A DNA stretch of 64,000 nucleotides from Octopus vulgaris (GCA_951406725.2 OX597823.1:109554001-109618000), one strand, 5' to 3'. Shown: positions 14,930 to 29,920, counted from the first letter of the stretch. The notes: generated from the sequence alone by a model not told the origin. Program-made: numbers and translations.

Positions 14930-15330
14930 TGGATCGACCTGGAGAGACCTCTTGATCTTTGAACTAACTATATGTCCCATGTAGTAACCTTATTCCAGAG
15001 ATCCTTCGAAAGACCCTCATTTCCTCTGCTTGCATTCGCGATCGTATTCTTTCGGTCATTACCCGACATTAATGACCACAAATTAGAAGAGACACAAAAA
15101 CTGAACTAATGATACGAAGTTTTTTTTATTATTAACTTCTCTTCTGAGGAACGAATGTTGATGGTAGGGCAATATTGTAACATCAGCTGCAACTCTAGCC
15201 TCCTATTCAGCTTCCTGCCTTCCATCACTCATGGATGTGATCTACTTCCTCACCTGTCATTAAGAACTTATATGGGTTTTTCTTTCTACAGAGAATGGCA
15301 TTCTTGGGAAGTGGAGCGCATACTTTGTTG
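14930..15330 (-). mobile_element. RTE-clade LINE fragment (C-terminal part of RT ORF), decayed
   Basis: Minus-strand translation gives TSMSDGRQEAE*EARV and CGH*CRVMTERIRSRMQAEEMRVFRRISG, matching the RTE motif YGHESWVMTERIRSRVQAAEMRFLRRI. Confidence 0.7.
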
Positions 15331-17347
15331 ATTCCCTAAATCCAGTTGAAATAAAATTTTCTGATGGACACGAGGTACATCAAGAGGCGAAGACTATCTA
15401 TGTTGTAGCTTGAGTAACGGAGGCGATTTTTACGCTCAAATGTGATATGGACCTTGAGGAATATGAGATTCATATGCTAAAATTTATAAAGGGTGAATGT
15501 ATTCTCTGGCTGTCAGGTGTATGCCGAGTGGTTTAGACCTGTTGAAAGACATTAAATCAATGGCCAAGTAATTGTACAATGTTTTAGAATCCATCATTTC
15601 CGCCAATTCCATTTGGTTTCAATTTACTATTTATTTTTCAAAGAATGATTAACGATAATTTACTAAAGTGTACTGAGAATTTCGCAGACATTCACCTCTT
15701 CAACTGCACTTTTGTGAAGTTTGGATAAAGCGACGTAACAACTGTTATGATAATAGCTAAAAGAATCGCATGGTGGAATCGAGAGACCATTGGCTTCTAT
15801 GGACAATATCATTTAGTATATTTTGTTTATGAGTTCAAATCAAAGTGAAATTCAATTTTCATAGCCATTATTTCGTGTTGTTCATTTTATAGTAAACTAT
15901 GAACAATGAAAGTGCCAACATCTTGGCTAAAATCTTGAAGACTGCATTGAGCAAAGCTGTGCACCAGAGACTATATCTATCAGTAGACTGTTTAATATGT
16001 TCTACCTTCTTTAAGAGAGTAGATGTTAATAGTGGAAATTCGACAGCTATTTCTAGCATATACAGTACATCTAGTAGCTCGCTTTGTCTTCCCCACAAAC
16101 ACTTTGCTCTTGTTTAGCCATAGTTCTGCTCTGGTCAAGCAGACAATTAATCAAAGACATTTCACTTTATAAAGCACACCTTATGTTCACTGTGTAATGA
16201 ATTCTTCACTATGTCGAATCATTCATAAGGATATCAGTTTGATATCATATCGATGTTTAGCTGCTATTTCTAGGCATATCTAGAGGCTGTCACATTTGCT
16301 TTGGTCATGTAGTAGTTATTCATAAGTTGTTTTTTTATTCTTGTTTAACACCAGGTCAGTTTTTGACCGAATAGGCAAGAGGCATTCCGCATTTGCCCAT
16401 CCCACGTTATCGAACGTGTTATTTTCAAAGGTAATGGGGTGTGATTTGAGGGGGTATTATACCAGTTTCTAGCATTTCGAACGAGAGCATAAAGGTACAC
16501 CACACAAGCAATTGATTTTGTTTTTTTTACTATATTTATTGTTGAGTTGAGATATATTGTCAGTGTATTTCAGTTATATATTCAATAGGTAAGAGTTCAG
16601 AAGAAATTAGGGAGGAACCAACAATAGAAACCCAACAGAATTCTGCGGAATATTTCTTATAAAAGATGTAAGTTTTGAACAAAGTCAACGGTTTTGAAAG
16701 TAAATGTCATTGCTTTGTAATTTGGGCTTATTTCAGACCGATACAATATTAATATTGATATAGATACAAACACACACACACACACACACACACGCATATA
16801 TATCGTATATTTTTAATAAAACATACACATACATATGCGTGCGTGTGTGAGCGCGGACGCATGTCAATACGTGCGCGTGTGTATATTGAATAAAAAGTGA
16901 GTGGTGATATATATTTATATATATGTAAATATATATATCACATATATTTGCATATATCTATAGACACACACACACACACATATATACACATATATATATA
17001 TATGTATATATATAGATATCTATACATATATATATGTATATATATATACACACACATACACACATACTCACACACACATACCGATATATAGGTATATTGC
17101 ATGTTTTCTATATATACTTTTCAGTATTTGCCTTCATTTTATATCGTACCAAGACTTATGTTTTTTTTTATATGTAAGGAGAAAAATTGAGAAAAACACC
17201 CAATAAAAAGTAAAAAGTACAAGAAAACAAACAAAGCAACACATATTTCTGATTTCCTTTTTTATTACAATGGACAATAGTAGCCTTCTTCAAGTATCCA
17301 TTCTACCTCAGCGTTAGTATATCCTGAACCCTACAGGTTAAATGTAA

Positions 17348-17411
<64 letters not shown>

Positions 17412-17841
17412 TATATATATAACAGTAAGAATACAATAATAATGATGTTGCTGCTTCTGCTGATGATGATAATGATGATGATGAGAATGAGGTGGTGGAG
17501 GAGAAGGAACGGGCATAGAAATATTATTAAATGGCAACAATAAAAAAAAATACCATCGTCTCATCCCAAGCAAAAATGAAACCACGTTAACGGCAGCATC
17601 ACCATCGTTTTAACAATTACAGCCGCCGCCGCCACATACAACCACCACCAACACCACTGACCCCCACCACCACCACCGCCACCATCAACACCAGTAGTGG
17701 TAGCAGCAGTGATGAAAGCAACAACAACAACAACGGCAATAACAAATCAACAATTTAACTAGAGAAGTAATTCAAATGTAAGGAGAAGGTTCTTAACAAC
17801 AACAATACAAGAAGAAGAAGAAGAAGAAGAAGAAGAAGAGG

Positions 17842-17885
<44 letters not shown>

Positions 17886-18329
17886 GAACAACAACAACAA
17901 CACAGCAACAACAAAGAGCAGCAACGCAGCGGACTTCAACACCAGCCGCATAACTACATCTACAACAGAGGCAACAGCAATAGATAGAATTTTTGAGAGA
18001 AAAAAAAAAAATAAAGACTAATATCAACTAAAAATGACCAAAAAAAAAGCCACCTGCATAAATATATTTATGCTCATATTTGTACATATATACTTACATA
18101 GATATATGCACACACTTCTACGCATATGTATGTGTGTATACGTGTGCACCAACAATAAATAAAACAGCTTTATTGTATCCCATAATGCCCTGACAGGCAA
18201 TATCCTAAATTTGATTGCAACTCTTTAGCTGGCAGGATATAGTAACTTTTCAACAAGCTCTATGTATATATACGTATATGTGTGCGTGCGTGCATATTCA
18301 TGCATGAATATACATATTTATACACATGC

Positions 18330-18390
<61 letters not shown>

Positions 18391-18481
18391 AGTTATATAT
18401 ATACATATATATATATTTATATATATATATGTATGCATATATGTATATATATATATGTATATATATATGTATATATGTATA

Positions 18482-18583
<102 letters not shown>

Positions 18584-19298
18584 TGTAAATATGTATGTAT
18601 ATTTGTATACATATGTTTCTATGTGTGTATGCAAATGTATACACTTACAGACACAGCGGCTACGCACATATACCTATATACATATAATTTAAGAACCGAC
18701 TCATGAAAAAGAAAAAAAATGCTTCGCGAAGAATGAAATATAATACCTGGTTATAGAGGTTTGCAACCAAATGAAGAGAAGGAAACGGTAAGCTCACAAA
18801 AGAAAGAATTGAATTTAGATTTGCCATGAATATATGCCCTCTCCAAAAATGGTTTATTGAAATAATATGGAGTTTCAAGATTTCTGCGATAATGAAATGC
18901 TTTCATACGCTGAAGAATATCCCTTTGGTAATGTTCTATAGTGGACACTTCTATGAAATTTTGTTTTTCTTTTCTTCCACAATGCTTAAAAATTCCGGAC
19001 AAACGCAAATGTTGGAGAACATAAAATGATAAAATATAAAAATACAAAATACATGGACGCAAATTGAATATATATGTATGAGCTGAAGATTTTTACACAC
19101 ACACAGACACACACACACATACACACACATACACACGCATGAACGTACGCACGCATGCACACGGACACAAACGCACACACACATGTGAGTGCGCGCTTTG
19201 AATATACTGTATGCGTTTATAAACGTATGAAGTAAGTGTATGTTATATGGGTGCATTCATTGTCATTATGTATATATATGCGCGGACATATAACTACG

Positions 19299-19345
<47 letters not shown>

Positions 19346-19407
19346 GAATATATATGTGTATATATATGTATATATGCACACACACATATACACATATATA
19401 TGCACAT

Positions 19408-19444
<37 letters not shown>

Positions 19445-19650
19445 TATATATGTATATATATATACGTATATATGTGTGTATATATGTATATATGTATATA
19501 TGTGTTAGTGTGTGTGTATGTATATGTATTTATACGTGGAAATTTATATATAAACATAATTTTATATCTATACATAGAAACTGACGATACACATACACAA
19601 CAGCGTATACCTGTCTGTATGTCTGTGTGTCTCTCTATATACACACGCAC

Positions 19651-19777
<127 letters not shown>

Positions 19778-20026
19778 AATATGTATATATAAAGAATCTT
19801 GGCGTGTATATGATGAGAAACAATTATAAAGACAATTGGTTACAGATTTTGTCAATTTTAGCTTTGGGACATAGAATTGTATGCGTTTTGGAATACAAGG
19901 CGTTTTGTGGTCCTGAATAGATATCAGACTCCACAATCCATAGCAAATTACATACGCATACATTGGCTCAGTGACTTTCCTTATATTTCCTGAAATCTTT
20001 AGCAAATCTTTCTATCTATCTATCTA

Positions 20027-20148
<122 letters not shown>

Positions 20149-20812
20149 TATACATATATACATAAATACATACATACATAGACACACGCACATTCACACA
20201 TGTTTTTCTTTAGTATGTAGCGTCGTGTTGTATACTCGACTATATTTTCTTCAGGATGAACAAAATGACATCTTCTGTCCCTGATAGAAATATTTTCTAC
20301 AATCACGCTATATATAACTCACAAATTATTGGTTCTCTATTTTTTGTATCTAGTTGCACAGGTAAGGATAATTGTCCTCTAAAATTCTTCTTGTTTCTTT
20401 TTCTCCGCACGTACCCGAATGTGAATATGAATTATTATACACCAATAAAATTTATAATGATTAAACATTTCATCGAAAGCAAATGTATAATTGTTTCAAA
20501 TATTTGTATAAGTCATTAAGTTTAGAGCGCGGTTGATCACAATACTTCTCCATTATTTCAGCTTAATGGCTTCGAAAGAAAGAAAAGCAAACCCAGGACG
20601 CAAAAGGCCAGAAGAAATGACTCAAAGATTTTTGTCCAACACTTTAACGATTCTTGCTCTAACAACTACAACAACAATATAAATCCTTTTTTATTGGCAC
20701 AAAGCCTGAAATTTTGGGGGAGGGGCTAGTCAATTACATTCGCCCTAGTGCTTGACTTGTTAAGTCAAATTCGAACTCCCACGGTGTTTGCAATATTAAC
20801 GATTCTGAAGAA

Positions 20813-21720
20813 AGTGAGGTGGCAGAAATGTTAGCACGCCGGGCGAAGAATTTCGAAGTATTTCGTCTGTCTTTACGTTTTGAGTTGAAATTCAGTCGAG
20901 GTCGACTTTGCCTTTCATCCTTTCGGGGTCTATTAAATAAGTACTAGTTACGCACTGCGGTCGATGTAATCAACTTACTCCTCATTTTTGTCCCCTTATG
21001 TTTAGTCCCCTGTGGGCAATAAAGAAATAAATATTATCGATTCTGAGGGTAGTGAGCTGGCAGAAACGTTAGCACGCCGGGCGAAATGCTTAGCGGTATT
21101 TCGTCTGCCGCTACGTTCTGAGTTCCAATTCCGCCGAGGTCAACTTTGCCTTTCATCCTTTCGGGGTTGATTAAATAAGTACCAGTTACGCACTGGGGTC
21201 GATATAATCGACTTAATCCGTTTGTCTGTCCTTGTTTGTCCTCTCTGTGTTTGGCCCCCTGTGGGTAGTAAAGAAATAGGTATTTGAAGGCGGCGAACTG
21301 GCAGAAACGTTAGCACGCCGGGCGAAATGCGTAGCCGTATTTCGCCTGCCGTTACGTTCTGAGTTCAAATTCCGCCGAGGTCGACTTTGCTTTCCATCCT
21401 TTTGGGGTCGATTAAATAAGTACCAGTTACGCACTGGGATCGATATAATCGATTCAATCCGTTTGTCTGTCCTTGTTTGCTCCCTCTGTGTTTTGCCCCT
21501 TGTGAGCAATAAAGAAATAAGAAACTTTAGCACATCGTGCGAAATGCTTTGCGGTATTTCATTTGTCTTTACGTTCAGAGTTCAAATTCCTCCGAAGTCG
21601 ACTTTGCTTTTCATCCTTTCGGGGTTGATAAATTAAGTACCAGTTGCGTACTGGTGTCGATCTAATCGACTGCCTCTCCCCTCATCCAAAATTTCGGGCC
21701 TTGTGCCTAGAGCAGAAAAA
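20813..21720 (+). mobile_element. Head-to-tail cluster of four SINE family A units
   Basis: Heads near 20813, 21050 and 21288, and a truncated head at ~21520, each followed by the central domain. Confidence 0.9.
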
Positions 21721-21879
21721 ATAACAATCAGTGGTGTGAGAAGGATAGGGTGCATCAAAGTTAGTTGACAAATTTCACAATTTTCTAGCTGAACACTGAC
21801 GTGTGTCTATAAAGACAATAAACAGAGAGATTGTGTGGCAACTATACTTTGACTTATTCATGAAGATCTGAGCATGAAC

Positions 21880-22250
21880 AAAATTTGTGCAATGTATTTT
21901 TCTAGGCTGCTCAGTGACGAAAGTCTTGGTAACCAACTGCGTGACAGAGATGGGCATCATTGCTGTCCCTCACACTCCCTTGATTCTAGACGTTGCTCTT
22001 GTGACTTCATTGTTCTCCAAACTGAGGGAAAACCTCACAAGCAATCATTTTAAAGACAAAGGAAGCTATAAAAACATATATATATCTTGCACGCCTTCAC
22101 TTTCAGGTCTTCGATATGGATCCACGATGTGGATGAAGTGCATTGAAGTTGGTGTATCCTGCTTTGAAAGAGATTAGAGGTTTTTCTTCTTTGAAATTAC
22201 ACAGCTGAGATACTCATAAAACCCAAAACTTCCGAGAATACAGCCTGTAT
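21880..22250 (+). mobile_element. Mariner transposase C-terminal remnant
   Basis: VPHTP..LFSKLRENL (degenerate HPPYSPDLAP.DF.LF.KLK) and WMKCIEVGVSCFERD (W.KC....G.YFE). Confidence 0.7.
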
Positions 22251-22596
22251 ACATACATACATATATGTATATATATAGGCATTCAAAGCAATGATTAGTA
22301 ACTTACAAAACCGGTATGCTTGAATTTCTTTAACAATTCACAATAATGACTTTTATTACTTTTATTCCTACCTCAGTTCATCTAATTGTATACATATTTC
22401 GTTACTTTGCATAAAAAGCCTTTACATTTTTTGATTTACAATGTGTATTTTCGTTTATTTTTCTTACTTTCCCCTTACATTACTACGTGTAGTATCTATG
22501 TTTTTTTGTAACATATTTTTATTATATATATATGTATATCTATCTATCTATATGTATATATATATATGTGTGTATGTGTGTGTTTCAAAATTTAAG

Positions 22597-22801
22597 CAGA
22601 AGCACAAAGGAACAAACGGAAAATACCCAAACCAGCGGAACGTTGCTCATTTCTCGTCAGTTATCGTCCAAGAGTTCCTTACGGATTTATGCCTTTAACG
22701 ACAATATTGTTCACTTATGGTGACATCAACGGCAAGAAGCTGCTCGGAATAGTGAGCGAGCGAACGTTGGGGACCATGATGGAAACAAACATGCAACAAA
22801 T
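22597..22801 (+). other. Candidate host exon (possibly carrying a start codon)
   Basis: Non-repetitive island between microsatellites; TTTAAG/CAG acceptor-like site, strong donor AAT|GTGAGT, one stop-free frame, ACCATG at 22776 (MMETNMQQ). Confidence 0.3.
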
Positions 22802-22844
22802 GTGAGTATACAAAGTAAAATAAATATGTGTGTGTATGTATTTA

Positions 22845-22888
<44 letters not shown>

Positions 22889-23605
22889 GAGAGAGAGTGG
22901 TAATACGTATGTAAATATGAGCAAAGAAAAGGAGTTGCTCAAGAATGAACCTACTCGAATCAATATTGAAGGAAGCTTTACCGTCCTCTTCAGGGAAATT
23001 GAGTCGTTCAAATATCGAAACTCTGAGTTGCAACATACACCGTCGCATATATCTCAATTATGTTCAATAATATTCAAATCCACTAAATGGTCTAATTGCA
23101 TTTCTCCCCTACACACACACACACACACACACTCACGCATGCACACGCATGCAGACAAATGCACGCGCATAAACACATATCTTCCCATATACCCATATAC
23201 GCACCGTGTGATTTAGAGATATAATTATAGATTATATGCATACCAATTAAGACACACACACACACATACGTACACGCGTATATATCTATATGTTCGTGCA
23301 TGTATACTTGCATGTGTGTCTGGCTATTGCAATGTATATGAGTGAATTTACCCTGCTTTATGAATGTTCGGATTTATACATCACTCATTTAAATCTTCAA
23401 AGCAAATTCAGTAGTATGTATATTTAAACATTCACCTACAAACACACACACACACACACACATACACATACACACACACACGTAGATACACACATAGACA
23501 GGCATACACATGCACTCAGACCTCCGTACATACACAAAAATATATATACGTATGCAAGAATCTACAGAAACGTATTCTTAAATATATACATACATATACA
23601 TATAT

Positions 23606-23671
<66 letters not shown>

Positions 23672-23898
23672 CTAACGATAGGTGTATACTTGTAAATTAA
23701 TGTGTGTTTGCGTATGTATAAAATATGTTTTATCTGTTTGTTTTCTTTAATGTGGTTACACAAATCCCGACGAAATATTAACTAGAAATTTTAGGAAACT
23801 AGAATGAAGCCTTTATACACGCATGCATTCGCATAAACCCAGAACAATCATCTATCTAAATATCGATATATCTATTCATCTATCGATATCTATGTGTT

Positions 23899-23952
<54 letters not shown>

Positions 23953-24073
23953 TATGTGTGTATGTATATATATATTGTATATCTTATATGCAAATATATA
24001 CATACATGTAAGTACGAAAACATATATGTGCGTATATATATATATATATATATGTATGTGTGCTTGTATGTTC

Positions 24074-24112
<39 letters not shown>

Positions 24113-24325
24113 CGCATGGGAGACTAACTCACATAAATTCTTTTATACACAGCACGATGCCATAGATTAATAACAAATAAAAAACTTACCCCACAAAACA
24201 ATAATGAATAAAAAGCAACTCTAAAAAAAAGTATTTTTAAAATCAAAAGAACGAATCGAAATAACCTTATCTCTCTACGTATGAAAATATTTAATCCACT
24301 ATTTTAATATTATTATTATTATTAC

Positions 24326-24370
<45 letters not shown>

Positions 24371-24710
24371 CATCATCATCACCATCATTATCATAGTATC
24401 TAATTGCCAAAATCTAAGCCGATAAGCCATGAAAATTAGTTCAAAAAGCCTGGATATTTAATACTGTATCAAATCGCTTTTATGTATTCAGAACATGATT
24501 ATAATGAATATACTTCCTAAGCAAGGATTTTCTGTGTATTTTTTGTTTATTGTCTTGGTGTTGTTGTTGTTGTTGTAGATGATGATGATTATGTTATGAT
24601 GATGATGATGATGATGAATGATAAATGTAGTAGCAATTGTTGTTGTTGTTGCTGCTGCTACTACTACTACTACCACCACCACCACCACCACCACCACCAC
24701 CACCACCACC

Positions 24711-24760
<50 letters not shown>

Positions 24761-25665
24761 CCTACAAACGAATTGAAGTGTTTATATTTTCCAATGAATG
24801 CTCATTAGATCTCTAAAATATAAAATGACTTAAATTGATGTCCAAAATATAGAATGTTTTTAAAGTGTCTTTGACATAACGGGATTGATTTAAAGAGAGA
24901 GTTATGATAAAATACAAGAAAAACAAGACAGAATATATAATACAAGAACAGAAGGCTTAGCTATATTTTAAATTGTTTTATTACACATAGACAGATCCAC
25001 AAAGTTTTAGGAGAACAAGATGAGATTTTATGAAAGAAAATCACTTCATTTACGCCCAAAAAAAAAGAAGAAAAAAGAAACAAAAAATAAAAGAAAAATT
25101 CACTTGAGATATTTACCATTTAATTTCATTTGGAATCAACGAAAAGGTGATTGCAACGCCACTCAGGGAGTTTAATCCTTGTTCGTTTATGTTGATACGA
25201 GCCGGTTTACTTTTGACTTTGCAAATATTTGTTGAGATATATTCCAGTTATGGCCTATCCTGTTTGTTCGGGCACAGTCTTTTTACTTTTGTGCATTGAC
25301 AGTGAGAAAAGACTAACCATTATTACGAGTCTGGTGGGAAGTAAGGAAGAGGTTGGACTCAAAAGATTTAACTCAGCTAAACTTGCTCAAGGCTCGTTTG
25401 TCAAACGAATGCAGAGATTACGTTTCCTGCCATGAATACCTCAAACCTCTTCTCACTCGCTCTAGAAATTTGGTCCATCTTCGGCTCTAGAAAGATGAAA
25501 GTCAAAGTTGACCAACACATAATGTGAATAGCTGAGTATGGTTGGAATCAGATTTGGCTACGATTTGAAGGCAGGCAAAATGCTGCATAGAAGTTAAAGT
25601 TCTAGGCTTCTTGATATTTAGGCCGAGGTTAGTGTTCATCCAGTAGATGAATTAGTAAAGACATT

Positions 25666-25798
25666 CCAATCGTAATGAGCTACCCTTATCCGTAAATCAT
25701 AGTATATCGAGATATTCCAGTCGTAATCAGCTAGCTTAGTCGTAAATCATAGTATACCAATCGTAATCAGGTAGCCTTATTCATAAATCATAGTATAT
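25666..25798. repeat. Three tandem copies of a ~41-50 bp unit
   Basis: CCA(A/G)TCGTAAT(G/C)AG.TA..(C)TTA..C(G/A)TAAATCATAGTATA repeated three times. Confidence 0.85.
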
Positions 25799-27959
25799 TT
25801 AGGCCAAAATGACCTAGTGTGATCTCTCACTCTTAAGACTACAGTGAGTTATTTGAGGATTTATATCTTAAATTTAGCATGTGAAACAACTGTATAGGAG
25901 ACATTTTGTAGGCTATATGCTTCGTTTCATATTAAACACAGTATGTATACGCTGCGCAGAATAATGGTAATGATTCTTATCATTAATTCCTATGTATATG
26001 TTAGTTACAGAAATTCTTGCACAGGCAAAATTTGATCAAGCATCCCTGCGATCAATAACGTTCTGGCTATGGGCATCTATTTCATCTACAATCTGTGCCT
26101 GAGATTACATTGTTCAACGTGTCTTTTTTTTAATATGTGACATTAGGATACTAAATGTAAAGGACTTTACTTTCGAATTTAGCTGGTATAACAGACACAA
26201 GGGAGTTCCTGTGTATGCTTGTATTTGATATTTTGAAAAATACTTCGAATTATATATTTTTAGTATATTTTCAGAAACGGAAAATCTCTTCATGCTTCCA
26301 GAAAAAAATTACTGATCAATCTTTATTCCACTTTGAGAATTCTGCTGAACGTTGGACATGCTTTTAAGTGAGCTGGATAAGTTGGAGGTATCATTTTATA
26401 AGTGATGGAAGTTAGATTATGAATAACAACAGTTTACTATTATTATCAAGAATGTTAATGATTTTAACATAGTTACAAGAACTAGATAGATTCCAATGGT
26501 TAACAGATTCTTCTTTACTCAGCCGTAGAAAAAAGATGAAGCGCAACTTCACTTTCATTGGAATTTGTAAACAATGCGCACTAAATATCATAAAGCATCT
26601 AAGGTTCCATCTCCCGATACTGCAACAAAACATATTCTCCTTCATCTACACCCAATACCATATCACTTGCTGTACACCAATAATAACTTCTTTAGTTCAT
26701 GTACCGTATTAATTGCGTTAAATGCTTTAGCTTTGGAGAGTGATCACGTTGAATGTGTGTAATATGATTTATTATTGGGAAAAAGAACTGCACAGTTAAA
26801 TACCTAATAAAAATACACCCTACACAGCATAAACTATACATAATTACCATTAGACATTGAAACATTCAACACAGGAATACACACAAAAATAACCAGTAAG
26901 GTCATAACTGTCTAATTTTGTCAAAGAAACTAATGGAAGCTCTCTAACCAATATAAGCCGTTATGGAAGATATAGATATTATGAATGTTTGGCTTCTGTC
27001 ACTATCTTCTCGATGATTATAATCTGAATGACACGCCGTGACATGTCTTAGATGACATTAGTGTGTTCAGGAAATCCCAGTGAGAAATCTCACGCGATTA
27101 AAATGTCTAAACAAATGCGTGAGATTTTTACACCACCTCAGATGGTTTCCCCTGCCACAGAATCGCTGCCTATACACCCAACATATCATTCCAGTTTCTG
27201 ACTAAAACAAACGAGTGAGAGATACTGCATCGCAGAAGAAATGCAGCATTTCAGCATCGGTCAATATACAAACGACCACATGACGGAAAACATTATTTCC
27301 ACTGCACTTCATATCGAGGAATATCAGCCTAACATCAGCCACTTGAAAGATCTCACATCTACTATCAATGCTTTTCCGGAAAAGCACTGCGACGCTATTC
27401 CATCTCGGCCATCAGAGAGATCCATAGATCTAGAAGTTGGCGCGATGGAAAAATAGCGTGTGCGTCTCTAAATTCTATTTTCCTTGAAGTCTCCTTTAAG
27501 GAGTAATATTTTCTTAATTACTTAAGATTTAGACTAAATAAGATATGATACCTAAGCATGATCCTCTCTGTGTAGAACTTAACAAAGATTTCCATTGATT
27601 AGAGATGTTCATGTAGTTGATTTGGTAAGCATTACCACCTGAGTAACATTTTTCCATTGATTGAAATTAGAATTTGTTATTTCATTATGAAATTAATCTT
27701 CACATAGAAAAAAAGAATGAAACTAAATATGAGTTTCAAAACGTTACTAATTCATATTTGTAGATGATTTCTTTGTACAAAAGAAGGTATACACCGTATA
27801 TACCGTAGGTGTATGGTCACACACACGCACACATACACACACACACACACGCGCGCACATATATATATATATAATATATATATACAATATATACATATAT
27901 ACATACAAATATATATGTGTGTATGTATATGTATACACACACACATATATATACATATA

Positions 27960-28065
27960 TATTAGACTTACAAAGAAGAAGTCCCAGGGTCAATATGTTC
28001 GACTAAAGGCAGTGCTTCAGCATGGCCGCAGTGAAATGACTGAAACAAGTAAAAGATAAAAGAAA
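27960..28065 (+). mobile_element. SINE family B 3' fragment
   Basis: GACTAAAGGCAGTGCTTCAGCATGGCCGCAGTGAAATGACTGAAACAAGTAAAAGA tail shared with the copies at 29094, 40918 and 56112. Confidence 0.8.
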
Positions 28066-28609
28066 GAAGATAGAAAATATATAAAAATAAGGGAAACGCA
28101 CAGAAATTTTATGTAGGCTAGGGATGGGAGCAAATACTAATCGGACACAGAATGTGTGTCGTTAACTAGCTGGAAGAGATGTCTTCCTGGGGCTATAAAC
28201 GCCAGTTGCACTGTCCCGTACAGGACGCCACACTTGGTTGGCAATTATAAGTTACAATTCCGTATTGTGACTGTTTACATCTTGCTCAGAAATTTAATAT
28301 AGCTATATGTGTGTGTGTATATGAGCTAAAATATTTTCTTTGTCGACCGGTTAAGCTTGTGTTAACAAGTCGTGATAATATTACAATCTCAGTCTATCAT
28401 AACAAGTTTTCATTCCATGTTTGGATGAGAAAGGATATTGTGTTAATGAGTCAGGAGGCAAATCTATTTAAGGAGATGCAATTAGTTACTGTTATTATTA
28501 GAAGCAGAGAGATAGTTACTCTTATTTTGAAGGTGAATTGATTATATTTAGTTCTATAAGATATAAATTTATTAACTAAAATATTTACACAGTCAAAAAA
28601 TGGTTGCAT

Positions 28610-29080
28610 ATACATATTTAAGTGCGGTTGCTAGTTTTCAATGAACTCTAGTATATTTAACCGTTCTAGTACAAAAATTTGTTTCATTGCATTGGTATAT
28701 AGGGAAACTTTTGAAGCTTGGTTGGTGATTTCCCGCACAACTCTCTATGTGTTCCCGTAATGGTATTTGTCTTTATCTTGGGAACAGAATTGTTCCTTAT
28801 GAAGTGTTGTTCTCCGTCTTAGAAACATTCTTGTTTGATCTTTGTAGTTGTATCCACAATCTTAACCAAGTTATGCCGTAGACTAAGTTTTCGGATGTAC
28901 AAGTAAACTCGGTCTTAATTTTGAATATTTGTCTTTGTTTAAAGTGGAATTCTGAACCTTTCAGTAGATTGGGACATGTTAAACACACACAAGGTTTGCA
29001 TTGAAATTTTGTTCTTAGTAGATTTCTTTATCAGAAGTTTTCCATGTAGGTGAAGTAATGATGAAAGATTTTGTCATTAT
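28610..29080 (-). mobile_element. Penelope-like element GIY-YIG endonuclease remnant
   Basis: Minus-strand CLTCPNL..FKIKTEFTCTSENLVYGIT then, after a frameshift, CGYNYKDQTRMFLRRRTTLHKEQ..EHIESC; fits the PLE pattern CxxC..FTC.S.N.VY.I.C..C...YIGQT...L..R...H. Confidence 0.75.
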
Positions 29081-29255
29081 TTTCTTTTACTGTAGGCGCA
29101 GAGATAGGTGTGTGGTAAGAAGGTTGCTACTGAACACCATATGGTTCAGGGCTCAATCCCAATGAGTGACACCTTGGGCATATGTTTCTACTATAATCTC
29201 AAGCCAGTCAAACACTTGTGAGTTGATTTGGTAGACAGAAACTGAAAAAAGCCTG

Positions 29256-29344
<89 letters not shown>

Positions 29345-29619
29345 CAGGCTTTTTTCAGTTTCTGTCTACCAAATCAACTCACAAGTGTTTGACTGGCTTG
29401 AGATTATAGTAGAAACATATGCCCAAGGTGTCACTCATTGGGATTGAGCCCTGAACCATATGGTGTTCAGTAGCAACCTTCTTACCACACACCTATCTCT
29501 GCGCCTACAGTAAAAGCATCATTACTTCACCTACATGGAAAACTTCTGATAAAGAAATCAACTAAGAACAAAATTTCAATGCAAACCTTGTGTATGTTTA
29601 ACATGTCCCAATCTACTGA
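28961..29619. repeat. Long inverted duplication around an (AT)n spacer
   Basis: 28961-29256 is the reverse complement of 29344-29619 apart from about two substitutions and a 20 bp indel. Confidence 0.95.
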
Positions 29620-29920
29620 TACATATATATATTTAAATATGTATATATATACATATACATATACATACATATATATATATATATATTTTTTTTTTTTATG
29701 TGTGTGTTCTGTGTTTGCCACCCCCATTTTGACAATCGATGCTGGTATGCTTACGTCCCCGTGAATTAGCGGTTCGGCACAAGTGACCGATAGTATAAGT
29801 ACTAGGCTTATAAAGAATAAGTCTCGGGGTCGATTTCTTCGACTAAAATCCTTGAAGGCATTGCTCCAGCATGGCTGCAGTCAATTTACTGACACAAATA
29901 AAAGAATAAAAGAATAAAAT
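29094..29920 (+). mobile_element. SINE family B (tRNA head, CORE-like domain, internal microsatellite), disrupted by the inverted duplication
   Basis: Head AGGCGCAGAGATAGGTGTGTGGTAAG, GTGACACCTTGGGCA, internal (TA)n, then the 3' half ending CTCCAGCATGGCTGCAGTCAA..AAAAGAAT. Confidence 0.85.

Noticed and set aside
25666-25798. CRISPR-like repeated ~41 bp unit
   Set aside because: Spacers are ~10 bp or absent, repeats are degenerate, there are no cas genes and the context is eukaryotic; a simple minisatellite
27150-27456. 71 aa ORF / possible RTE remnant
   Set aside because: Similarity too faint to support either a gene or a confident element call
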